Positions 27,809 to 35,835 of a DNA stretch of 64,000 bases are shown one piece after another. The notes beneath the pieces are model-generated. The model was not told where the DNA came from, ran no database searches, and saw nothing but the letters and a program-made list of their open reading frames with translations. Source of the DNA: Lachnospiraceae bacterium (GTDB lineage Bacteria > Bacillota > Clostridia > Lachnospirales > Lachnospiraceae); the NCBI GenBank assembly GCA_024693925.1, contig JAILKH010000019.1, forward strand, positions 7,520-71,519, read 5' to 3'. Position numbers and translations under genes: made by a program. Positions within the stretch are counted from its first letter, which is position 1, and the number at the start of each line of letters is the position of its first letter.

Positions 27809-29116
27809 TTATCCGTCCTCGGTTTTTTTCTTTCCGATACAATAAGAAGGAAGATATAATTCCAAAAGCCGTTCCAGCCCCCTGCCCGATACCGGTTTGC
27901 CTATCACGTCTTTAAATCCTTCCCTTTTATACATTTCCCTGGTTTTGAAGCTTTCATTAAAACAAAGCGCTATACAAACCATATTTTCATTTACAATATA
28001 ACCCTCCCTTATTAAATGCATAAGCTGAATACCGCTCATATCCGAAATCATATTTGCGATTATAACAATATCATAATAATTATAGCTTAACAATTTAAGA
28101 GCTTCCCGGCCGGTATAGGCGCTGTCAATATGTACCCTTGTTCTTTTTAACAAAGCTCTGAATACATTTACACCCATTTCGGTTTCCTCAACGATCAACA
28201 CATTTGCTCTTGGTGCATACAAAAATTCCCGATTCTCCGGAGGCTGAATATACTCACCCTCCGATTCCTGGAATTCATCATCTTCCGTTCCCATAGTAAG
28301 CTCAAGTCTTGATTCTTCTATCCCGCCTTCGGAATATTTTAATATACTGTCTGCGGCATCCATTATATTAATGATCCTGTCACTGACAAAAGAAGGTACA
28401 TTATACCTAAGGATCATCTCAGCCATTCCCTTAACAGACTGAATATAATTTTTTATCTGCCGATCTTTCCATAAAAGATATTTGCGAAAGGTGTTATGAT
28501 CCCGTTCCTCTTCCTCCTTTATAACATATATTCTTGAATATATATTTTTTGTTATATATATTATATGTATCAGGCGCACAAACAGATAAATTCCCAGTAT
28601 GACGGAAACAGTACCTCCATCCTTTCCATAATATTCCCCGGGCAGGGGATTGGGTATAAAACCTATTAATATATATATAAGCGGAAACAACAACACTTCC
28701 GGATTTAATTCATCATATCGCTTTAATAAGATCTTGACTATCGGAAATATCAGAAACATAAAAGACGGAATAAAATTTCTCAGAAACAGATAGCTTATAC
28801 AGTTGATCATACAATAAACAATTTCTCTTACATCAAAGAACCCTTTATTTCCCCGCACGGTCATAATTAAAATAATTTCGATAACACACGCAAAAAAAGG
28901 CATGATAACATACCATCTTAAGGAGTTAATATCATTACCTGTACGGAGGCGTATATTAAATATATATATGATCAGTGTAACAATATAATTAGAAATACAG
29001 CCATTTATAACTTGATGCTTGACCTTCCAGTTATCCCTGTTACCTCTGTCTTTTCCTTTAATAGAAAAATATATTATCTCATCTTCTATATCTTTTTTTA
29101 TATTATTCAGCATCAT
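27809..29116 (-). CDS. Polytopic membrane protein with a DHp-like segment lacking the His, no ATPase domain, and a C-terminal pseudo-receiver
   Basis: About 6 TM helices. FRKYLLWKDRQIKNYIQSVKGMAEMIL aligns by eye to the HisKA H-box, with D in place of H. The C-terminal NVLIVEE...DIVIIANMISDMSG...GKPV is receiver-like but lacks the phospho-accepting Asp. Start set at ATG 29116/29113, which overlaps the upstream stop. Confidence 0.6.
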   Translation of the reverse strand: MMLNNIKKDIEDEIIYFSIKGKDRGNRDNWKVKHQVINGCISNYIVTLIIYIFNIRLRTGNDINSLRWYVIMPFFACVIEIILIMTVRGNKGFFDVREIVYCMINCISYLFLRNFIPSFMFLIFPIVKILLKRYDELNPEVLLFPLIYILIGFIPNPLPGEYYGKDGGTVSVILGIYLFVRLIHIIYITKNIYSRIYVIKEEEERDHNTFRKYLLWKDRQIKNYIQSVKGMAEMILRYNVPSFVSDRIINIMDAADSILKYSEGGIEESRLELTMGTEDDEFQESEGEYIQPPENREFLYAPRANVLIVEETEMGVNVFRALLKRTRVHIDSAYTGREALKLLSYNYYDIVIIANMISDMSGIQLMHLIREGYIVNENMVCIALCFNESFKTREMYKREGFKDVIGKPVSGRGLERLLELYLPSYCIGKKKTEDG

Positions 29117-29996
29117 TACCGGTCTCACCGGCCCACCCCTCATCTTCATATTCGGTATTTTCACTAAGAAGCAATACATTTTTTAGAAGTTTATTGGCCT
29201 TTAAAATTTCATCCGTATATTCCAAAACATCATTTTTCCCATTTCCCGGTCCCTTAAGAATCTCCTTACAGGACTTATCGATAATATCAGTGTAAACGAG
29301 ACAATTCCGACTCAGCTTACAAGCCACAACCTCCTGCGCTTTCAGAGTAGCTTCAATTTCTCCGGATTTAATAAGAGCCTTTTTTTTAAGAACATTTTGT
29401 CCCATATAAGCATGCACAAATTGCAGCATCCCAAAAAGGAAACACATGAATCTGAAACTATTAGGCATTGCTTTTATACAATAATTCCCGTCAATGTTAT
29501 AAATACACAATAAGACTATAAAAGCCACGAATTCCATACCTATCTGATACTTAAGCCATCTCGGATCTTTATAATAACAGGAAAGAATTATAGGAACAAA
29601 CAGAAATATCCATATTTCCGGAATATCTTTATAAATAAATACATTATGTGAATACATAATAAAATACAGAAATGTTCCGGTAAGAATGTATAAATCCGAC
29701 GTATAAAATTCAGGTTCTCTGTTCCGGGAAAAATAATTCCAGATATTTAAAAGAAATATTACCGAAAGATCAAGGACCACCGGACAAACAATAAATTTCC
29801 AAAAACCATTGATCCCATAACCAAAATATTTATTCAGATAATAATATATGATCGTATATATCAGAAAATTAAACCAGACAACACCGAATTTATTCTGAAT
29901 ACTGTTTAACGGTATTGCCCTCAATTCTCCAAATATCCCAACCCTTTCCGGATCAAACAGGTACTCAAAAATTCTTTTAAACAACTCTCTTAACAT
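29103..29996 (-). CDS. Polytopic membrane protein with a C-terminal coiled/DHp-like tail
   Basis: About 6-7 hydrophobic helices rich in F/I/Y, then KSGEIEATLKAQ...ILKANKLLKNVL. No family recognised. Probable paralogue of the downstream gene's N-terminal region. Confidence 0.55.
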   Translation of the reverse strand: MLRELFKRIFEYLFDPERVGIFGELRAIPLNSIQNKFGVVWFNFLIYTIIYYYLNKYFGYGINGFWKFIVCPVVLDLSVIFLLNIWNYFSRNREPEFYTSDLYILTGTFLYFIMYSHNVFIYKDIPEIWIFLFVPIILSCYYKDPRWLKYQIGMEFVAFIVLLCIYNIDGNYCIKAMPNSFRFMCFLFGMLQFVHAYMGQNVLKKKALIKSGEIEATLKAQEVVACKLSRNCLVYTDIIDKSCKEILKGPGNGKNDVLEYTDEILKANKLLKNVLLLSENTEYEDEGWAGETGNDAE

Positions 29997-30022
29997 ATTC
30001 CGCTTCCATCCAGGACCACAAA

Positions 30023-30517
30023 TTATTTTTCTTTAGCCATTGCCACAAGATCATCCACCGTACTCTGTTTAGGCTTTAAAAGAGACGAGAGTAATTCCTC
30101 CTGCTCTTCCTTTTCCGAAGCCTTTTTATCAATTACCGTTTCACTATTATCGGCATCGGCAGCCATAGCCGCAAATACATCATCTACACTGTTTTGTTTG
30201 GCGTCCGCAAATTGAGCCATTATCCTTGCAACCTCATCATCCATCTCCTTGCTTCCGGTAGAGGAATCCAAAGGATTATCATTATCGGAGTTTTCAGCCA
30301 TGGCTGCAAAAACATCGTCCACACTGTTTTGTTTGGCATCCGCAAATTGAGCCATTATCCTTGCAACCTCATCATCCATCTCCTTATTGCCGGTCGCAGA
30401 TACCGGCTGTTCGTCCTTAACAGTTTCCTCAGATGTATCTGTTGCTTCCGCTTTTTTTAACAGCTTATTAGCATCATATTCATACCATTTTATAATAGGA
30501 TTATGTCGATCGTACAT
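30023..30517 (-). CDS. Hypothetical acidic protein with two identical 30-aa repeats
   Basis: SD AAGGGAGG. KEMDDEVARIMAQFADAKQNSVDDVFAAMA occurs twice, and there is a degenerate third copy (KQSTVDDLVAMA). Confidence 0.6.
   Translation of the reverse strand: MYDRHNPIIKWYEYDANKLLKKAEATDTSEETVKDEQPVSATGNKEMDDEVARIMAQFADAKQNSVDDVFAAMAENSDNDNPLDSSTGSKEMDDEVARIMAQFADAKQNSVDDVFAAMAADADNSETVIDKKASEKEEQEELLSSLLKPKQSTVDDLVAMAKEK
30160..30385 (-). repeat. Two 91-bp direct repeats, 135-bp period, inside the CDS
   Basis: 30160-30250 and 30295-30385 differ at 6 positions, and all six are synonymous. Confidence 0.9.
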
Positions 30518-30624
30518 TTAAGCCTCCCTTTCATCCAATATTCCCGTCCGCAAAATATTGCTGTGTTTCTCAAAGAAAAGCATCTTCCTTATACATTTAC
30601 AGTATATCATTTTTCCCAAAGTTA

Positions 30625-30633
30625 TGCTATACT
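30625..30633 (+). promoter_or_regulatory. Extended -10 (TGCTATACT) candidate promoter for thrH
   Basis: Located about 105 nt upstream of the thrH ATG. No convincing -35. Confidence 0.4.
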
Positions 30634-30738
30634 ATGACCCGATACTTGTTTTTTTATCACATAAAAAACATAAAGTTGTAAACCGGCGAGGGACCGTGTC
30701 ATCAGGCTGATCACCGGAACCAAACAGGAGGAATATAT

Positions 30739-31341
30739 ATGGATATTGTATGTTTAGATATGGAAGGCGTTCTTGTTCCGGAAATATGGATCGCTTTTTC
30801 CAAAGCTACCGGTATCGAAGAACTTAAACTCACTACCAGGGATGAACCCGATTATGACAAATTAATGAATTACAGATTAAAAATCCTTAAAGAACATGGA
30901 CTTGGTCTGAAAGAAATTCAAAATACAATAGCTTCCATAGATCCCTTCCCCGGGGCCCTTGAATTTCTTAACGAGCTTCGCGAATTAACCCAAGTCATAA
31001 TACTAAGCGATACCTTTACCCAATTTGCCATGCCTCTTATGAAAAAGCTTAATTATCCGACTATCTTCTGTAATACACTCACGGTAAATTCAGCCGGAGA
31101 GATCACAGGATATAAAATGAGATGTGCACATTCAAAATTAACCACGGTAAAAGCGCTTCAGTCTATGGGCTTTGATACGATAGCCTCCGGAGACAGTTTT
31201 AACGATCTGGAAATGATACAGCAGAGCAAAGCAGGTTTTCTCTTCAGAAGTACGGAACAGATAAAAAAAAATCATCCCCAATATCCGGCCTTCGAAGAAT
31301 ATAATGAACTTTTAAACGCAATAAAAAAGGAACTGTCATAA
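30739..31341 (+). CDS. thrH: HAD-family phosphoserine phosphatase/homoserine phosphotransferase ThrH
   Basis: MDIVCLDMEGVLVPEIWIAFSKATGIEELKLTTRDEPDYDKLM closely matches the Pseudomonas ThrH N-terminus as I remember it. DxD-type HAD motif I and AGGAGG SD. Confidence 0.8.
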   Translation: MDIVCLDMEGVLVPEIWIAFSKATGIEELKLTTRDEPDYDKLMNYRLKILKEHGLGLKEIQNTIASIDPFPGALEFLNELRELTQVIILSDTFTQFAMPLMKKLNYPTIFCNTLTVNSAGEITGYKMRCAHSKLTTVKALQSMGFDTIASGDSFNDLEMIQQSKAGFLFRSTEQIKKNHPQYPAFEEYNELLNAIKKELS

Positions 31342-31356
31342 GCAGTTCCTTTTTAT
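31324..31356. terminator. Bidirectional terminator between convergent thrH and the hydrogenase gene
   Basis: AAGGAACTG-TCATAAG-CAGTTCCTT is flanked by an A-run on one side and a T-run on the other. It overlaps the last thrH codons. Confidence 0.7.
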
Positions 31357-31363
31357 ATAACCA

Positions 31364-32911
31364 TCAATCCACGTCCCTCGGTTCAACCTTCAGATCATTT
31401 TCCTCCAATATATCCAAAAGTTCTTTATAGTCACTTTGGTAAGCATGGGCATTTGTAGACACCTTTTTATGATTTGCCACAGATGCTGCGGATTTTGCAA
31501 TAGGCTGTATGGTACCGGCTCCCGCAATACATCCTCCCGGACATGCCATACCTTCAAGCAGATAACCATTATATTTTCCGGCTTTTGCAACCATCATCAT
31601 TTTTCTGCACTCTTCAAGCCCCTCGGCACTTACAACATTTATCTCTTTATCGGGATACATCTCCTTAATACAATTCACAACAGCACCGGCTACCCCGCCG
31701 CTTACGGCAAAACCTCTGCCGTCACCGCTGGCCCCATGCATTGTATCATCTTCCGGCAGCTTTTCAAAATCTACATCTCTGGCTTCAAACATTCCCATAA
31801 CCTCTTCAAAGGTTAACACAAAATCTATATCACTTCTTATGGACCGTCTTGAAGCCTCAAGCTTTTTTGCCGCACAGGGTCCTATAAAAGCCACCTTACA
31901 GCCGGGATGCTTTTGTTTTATAAGCCTTCCCGTAAGCACCATAGGTGTAAGCGCCATAGAAATACAATTAGCCTGTTCCGGAAACAGTTTTTTTGCCATT
32001 ACGGACCAGGCCGGGCAACAGGAGGTACCCATAAAAGGAATATTCTGTGGAACATTTTCCACAAAGTCCTTAGCCTCCTGAAGCGTACATAAATCCGCTC
32101 CTATGGCAACCTCCACCACATCCTTAAAACCCAATGCCTGAAAAGCCGGTCTCATTTTTCCGGGAGTGAAGGAAGGACCAAACTGTCCCGTAGCCGCAGG
32201 TGCAATGGCCGCATAAACCGGTACATCACTTTTGATCGCCTGAATAACCTGAAATATCTGTGCTTTGTCGGCTATGGCACCAAAGGGGCAGTTAGCAAGA
32301 CACATGCCGCAGGATACGCATTTTTCCTGATCTATCTGGGCCCTCCCATATTCATCCGAATGAATAGCTTTCATTCCGCAAGCCTTTACACAAGGCCTTT
32401 CAAGTCTTATTATCGCGTGATAAGGACAGGCCTCAATACATTTACCACACTTAATACATTTATCTTTATCAATTACCGAACGTCCATTCTTTATAGTTAT
32501 TGCGCCTTTGGGGCAAACCTCTTTACAGGCATGTGCAAAACACCCCTGACAGGCGTCGGTAACCTTAACTTCATTATCGGGGCAGGCATGACAGGCAAAT
32601 TTAATAATATTTATAAGCGGCGGCTGATAATATTTTTCAGGTTTTACACACTCCTGTGCTCCCTGGGTTACAGGAGCCTGTTCCGCTGCAGAACGCAAAG
32701 ACAATCCCATAGCCATTCTCATACGTTCACGTACTATAGCTCGTTCAATGAACACACTGTCCCTGTACACCGCCATTTCTCCGGGGATAACATTATACGG
32801 AATTTCCTCCATTCTGGATAAATCCCCATCTTTATAATCATAAGAGAGTTTTGCAACCTCAGCATATACTCTTTTTCTAAGATCATTTACCGATGTATAA
32901 ATACCTCTCAT
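31364..32911 (-). CDS. [FeFe]-hydrogenase family protein (group-B-like) with several 4Fe-4S ferredoxin motifs
   Basis: H-cluster motifs GTSCCPAW, GPCAAKKLE and MACPGGCIAGAG. N-terminal CIKCGKCIEACP and CVSCGMCLANCP clusters. Confidence 0.8.
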   Translation of the reverse strand: MRGIYTSVNDLRKRVYAEVAKLSYDYKDGDLSRMEEIPYNVIPGEMAVYRDSVFIERAIVRERMRMAMGLSLRSAAEQAPVTQGAQECVKPEKYYQPPLINIIKFACHACPDNEVKVTDACQGCFAHACKEVCPKGAITIKNGRSVIDKDKCIKCGKCIEACPYHAIIRLERPCVKACGMKAIHSDEYGRAQIDQEKCVSCGMCLANCPFGAIADKAQIFQVIQAIKSDVPVYAAIAPAATGQFGPSFTPGKMRPAFQALGFKDVVEVAIGADLCTLQEAKDFVENVPQNIPFMGTSCCPAWSVMAKKLFPEQANCISMALTPMVLTGRLIKQKHPGCKVAFIGPCAAKKLEASRRSIRSDIDFVLTFEEVMGMFEARDVDFEKLPEDDTMHGASGDGRGFAVSGGVAGAVVNCIKEMYPDKEINVVSAEGLEECRKMMMVAKAGKYNGYLLEGMACPGGCIAGAGTIQPIAKSAASVANHKKVSTNAHAYQSDYKELLDILEENDLKVEPRDVD

Positions 32912-32922
32912 TTAATACCTCC

Positions 32923-33315
32923 CTACCACTCCTCTTTTACGGCCCGTAATCGCTTTAACATTTCATCATATTGTCCGTACATTTTCTGAGTCTCATTTTC
33001 AAGCAAATAATAGTGCATTATATACGGAACAAGCAAGACCAGCAATATAGCTATCAAAGCCAGCATATATACTGCCCCCGACACTATATATACGCCTACC
33101 GCCATAAAAGTCAGAATGGCAAAAAGCATTGTTACGATCAAATGTATAAGTCTTTCATGCTGAAAAAACCCGATCTGGATCAGATGCTCCTCTATAATGG
33201 ATTCCCAATCCGTTTCCTCATTTCCCGAATTCAGAATATTATCAATCCTGTTTCTGTAGTTTAAAATACGTTCCTTCATAACCCTGTAAATCCTGTCTGT
33301 TCTTTCCTTACACAA
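32923..33315 (-). CDS. Hypothetical two-TM membrane protein
   Basis: Hydrophobic hairpin LIHLIVTMLFAILTFMAVGVYIVSGAVYMLALIAILLVLLVPYI. The track start is TTG, and ATG 33279 is an alternative. Confidence 0.45.
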   Translation of the reverse strand: MCKERTDRIYRVMKERILNYRNRIDNILNSGNEETDWESIIEEHLIQIGFFQHERLIHLIVTMLFAILTFMAVGVYIVSGAVYMLALIAILLVLLVPYIMHYYLLENETQKMYGQYDEMLKRLRAVKEEW

Positions 33316-33319
33316 TTAT

Positions 33320-34099
33320 TTATGATTCCAGTTTACCTATAAAAGCCTTCAATCTTCCGTCAGGTGAATTAAATAATTCCTCAGGCGTTCCCTGGGAATG
33401 AATTATACCATTTTCCATAAACAGCACTCTGTCGCTTACTTCACGTGCAAATTTCATTTCGTGTGTAACAATAACCATAGTCATATGATTTTTAGCAAGA
33501 TCCTTTATTACCTTCAGAACCTCCGAAGTTAATTCCGGATCAAGTGCCGATGTGGGTTCATCAAAAAAAAGCACCTCAGGCTTTGTCGCAAGGGCTCTGG
33601 CTATTGAAACTCTCTGCTTCTGGCCTCCTGACAGATTCTCCGGATATGCATCGGCTTTATCTTCAAGACCCAGTCTTTTTAAAAGCTCCTTGGCCCTTTC
33701 TTTTGCCGTCGTCCAATCTGCCGTTTTGGTTATAACTACAGGTTCGGCTATATTTCTTAATACCGAATAATGAGGAAAAAGGTTAAAATTCTGAAATACC
33801 AGTCCGAAATATTTCCTTATTTTCCTCCGCGTTTTCTTATCGGCATATACAACATTTCCGCTTTCATCTGTGGCTGCTGTATTACCGGCATATATCAAAG
33901 AGCCTCCGTCAATTTTCTCAAGCATTGTTGCACACCTTAATACGGTAGACTTTCCCGAACCGGAGGGACCTATTATGGAAATCACCTCGCCACGTTTTAC
34001 ACTTAAAGATATATCCCTAAGGACTTCCTTACCATCAAAGGATTTCCTCAAATTTTTAATTTCTAACAGAACTTCCTCCATATTATTATCTGTACCCAT
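33320..34099 (-). CDS. Polar amino-acid ABC transporter, ATP-binding protein
   Basis: Walker [10 protein letters not shown], signature [15 protein letters not shown] and Walker [13 protein letters not shown]. Confidence 0.93.
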   Translation of the reverse strand: MGTDNNMEEVLLEIKNLRKSFDGKEVLRDISLSVKRGEVISIIGPSGSGKSTVLRCATMLEKIDGGSLIYAGNTAATDESGNVVYADKKTRRKIRKYFGLVFQNFNLFPHYSVLRNIAEPVVITKTADWTTAKERAKELLKRLGLEDKADAYPENLSGGQKQRVSIARALATKPEVLFFDEPTSALDPELTSEVLKVIKDLAKNHMTMVIVTHEMKFAREVSDRVLFMENGIIHSQGTPEELFNSPDGRLKAFIGKLES

Positions 34100-34174
34100 T
34101 ACATCTCCCTTAAACGACCGTAAAAACCCAACCCAAGCCCTTACTGTTATCTTCCGGACCTCATAAACCGGTTT

Positions 34175-34819
34175 CTAATAATAATTCAAACGTTTTTCTA
34201 TTTTTTCCATTATAAAAGCCACTACATAATTAAATACAAAATAGAAAAGACCGGCAACCATAAGAGGACCGACGCTGGCCTGTTTGGCTGCAATCTGTTT
34301 GGCAATGGTAAACATCTCCGCCTGTGCAAGAACAAAAGCCAGCGAAGTGTCTTTTACCAGCGTTATGGTTTCATTTGTAACACTGGGAAGTATTATCCTT
34401 ATTACCTGCGGCATTATTATCCTTAAGAAGGTCTGTACTTTACTATACCCCAATACTTTGGCAGCTTCATACTGCCCCTTGGGAATGGCTTCTATACCGC
34501 CTCTGTATATTTCTGCAAAATATGCTGCATAATTAATGGAAAAAGCTATAATGATCGCAGGAAACCGAAAATTCTTAAGCTTTACGGAAAACAGATAAAA
34601 CGGAGCAAAATAAACTACGATCAGCTGAAGCATCAAAGGTGTACCGCGCATTATAGCTATATAAAATTTCACAACAGCTCTCAGAATTTTATTTTTGGAC
34701 ATTCTCCCAAGAGCAACTAACAGTCCGAGGGGCAGGGAAAACAAAAGTGTTAATATAAAAATCTGCACTGATGTAAACATACCCGCCATTAATTGCATTA
34801 ACATTACGTTAAATTTCAT
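34175..34819 (-). CDS. Polar amino-acid ABC transporter permease (His/Glu/Gln/Arg/opine family)
   Basis: 214 aa and 5 TM, with an EAA-like loop (YEAAKVLGYSKVQTFLRIIMPQ). Confidence 0.9.
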   Translation of the reverse strand: MKFNVMLMQLMAGMFTSVQIFILTLLFSLPLGLLVALGRMSKNKILRAVVKFYIAIMRGTPLMLQLIVVYFAPFYLFSVKLKNFRFPAIIIAFSINYAAYFAEIYRGGIEAIPKGQYEAAKVLGYSKVQTFLRIIMPQVIRIILPSVTNETITLVKDTSLAFVLAQAEMFTIAKQIAAKQASVGPLMVAGLFYFVFNYVVAFIMEKIEKRLNYY

Positions 34820-34860
34820 AACACCCTTCCCAATTTTGTAATTTACCTTCAGTATCCGGC

Positions 34861-34888
34861 AAAAGGATCATCAGAATTCCCGATGATC
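34861..34888 (-). terminator. Intercistronic hairpin between the SBP and permease genes (possible attenuator or stabiliser)
   Basis: Minus strand reads GATCATC-GGGAATTCT-GATGATC followed by CTTTTG. The U-tract is weak. Confidence 0.35.
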
Positions 34889-34924
34889 TGCTCCTTACAT
34901 ATCCTCCGGTTTGAATTTATATTG

Positions 34925-35749
34925 CTATTTACCGATACAGATAGATTCCTCCATACCAAAATCAGAATAATCCCCGGCTATTTTCAGTATCGTTCCATCC
35001 TCAGCCATCTCCAAAAGGACTTTCTCAACTTCATCCTTAAGTTCGGTATTTCCCTTTAAAAACCCTATCCCGTACTGTTCCGAAGAGAGTTGTTCATCAA
35101 GGATCATATATCCCTGACCCTTTTGCTGTATCTGATAATTAGCCACTCCTATATCGATAGCCAGGGCCTCAATAGCTCCGGCCTCAAGATCCATAAATGC
35201 AGTATTGTAATCAGAATACTGAATAAGCTTTGTAAAGGTATCGGCAAGCTCCGAAGAATCGCCTTCAAGAGCGGCAAGGGCTGAAGAATCCTTCTGAACT
35301 CCTACTGTTTTATCCTTAAGATCACTAAGCTTAATAATTCCCGAATCCTCTTTTACTACAAAAACCTGAGAATTATCTACATAGGGAACAGTCCATTCGT
35401 AATCATCCTCACGTCCCTGAATAGTAAAACCGTTCCATATACAATCAATAGCTCCGGAAGATAATTCCATATCCTTGGCATCCCAGTCAATAGGCTGTTT
35501 AACCAGTTCCCAGCCCTTTCGCTCACAAAGCTCTTTGGCAAGGTCCAGATCAAATCCCACATATTCTCCCTTATCATCCATATAACCGTAAGGAGGAAAT
35601 TCAGCATCAAAACCAACGGTAAACGTTGATCTGTCACTTTTGCTGTTTGTACCTGCTCCCGCCGCCTGTTTCTGAGAAGAAGCCGCACATCCTGTTATCA
35701 TAAATACCGACATCATCGTTGCCATTAAAATCACTGATATTTTTTTCAT
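34925..35749 (-). CDS. Amino-acid ABC transporter substrate-binding lipoprotein
   Basis: MKKISVILMATMMSVFMITGCAAS lipobox and a type-3 SBP fold (FTVGFDAEFPPYGY...WNGFT). The first ATG is 35749; the track start is TTG. Confidence 0.9.
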   Translation of the reverse strand: MKKISVILMATMMSVFMITGCAASSQKQAAGAGTNSKSDRSTFTVGFDAEFPPYGYMDDKGEYVGFDLDLAKELCERKGWELVKQPIDWDAKDMELSSGAIDCIWNGFTIQGREDDYEWTVPYVDNSQVFVVKEDSGIIKLSDLKDKTVGVQKDSSALAALEGDSSELADTFTKLIQYSDYNTAFMDLEAGAIEALAIDIGVANYQIQQKGQGYMILDEQLSSEQYGIGFLKGNTELKDEVEKVLLEMAEDGTILKIAGDYSDFGMEESICIGK

Positions 35750-35783
35750 AAACAACCCTCACATTTCTTTTATTTTATCTGAA

Positions 35784-35812
35784 AATATATCCTTTTAATG
35801 TGTGATTGTCAA
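35784..35812 (-). promoter_or_regulatory. Sigma-A promoter for the amino-acid ABC operon
   Basis: Minus strand reads TTGACA-17 nt-TATATT. Confidence 0.5.
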
Positions 35813-35835
35813 TATAAAGTCCCAAATAAAACCGG

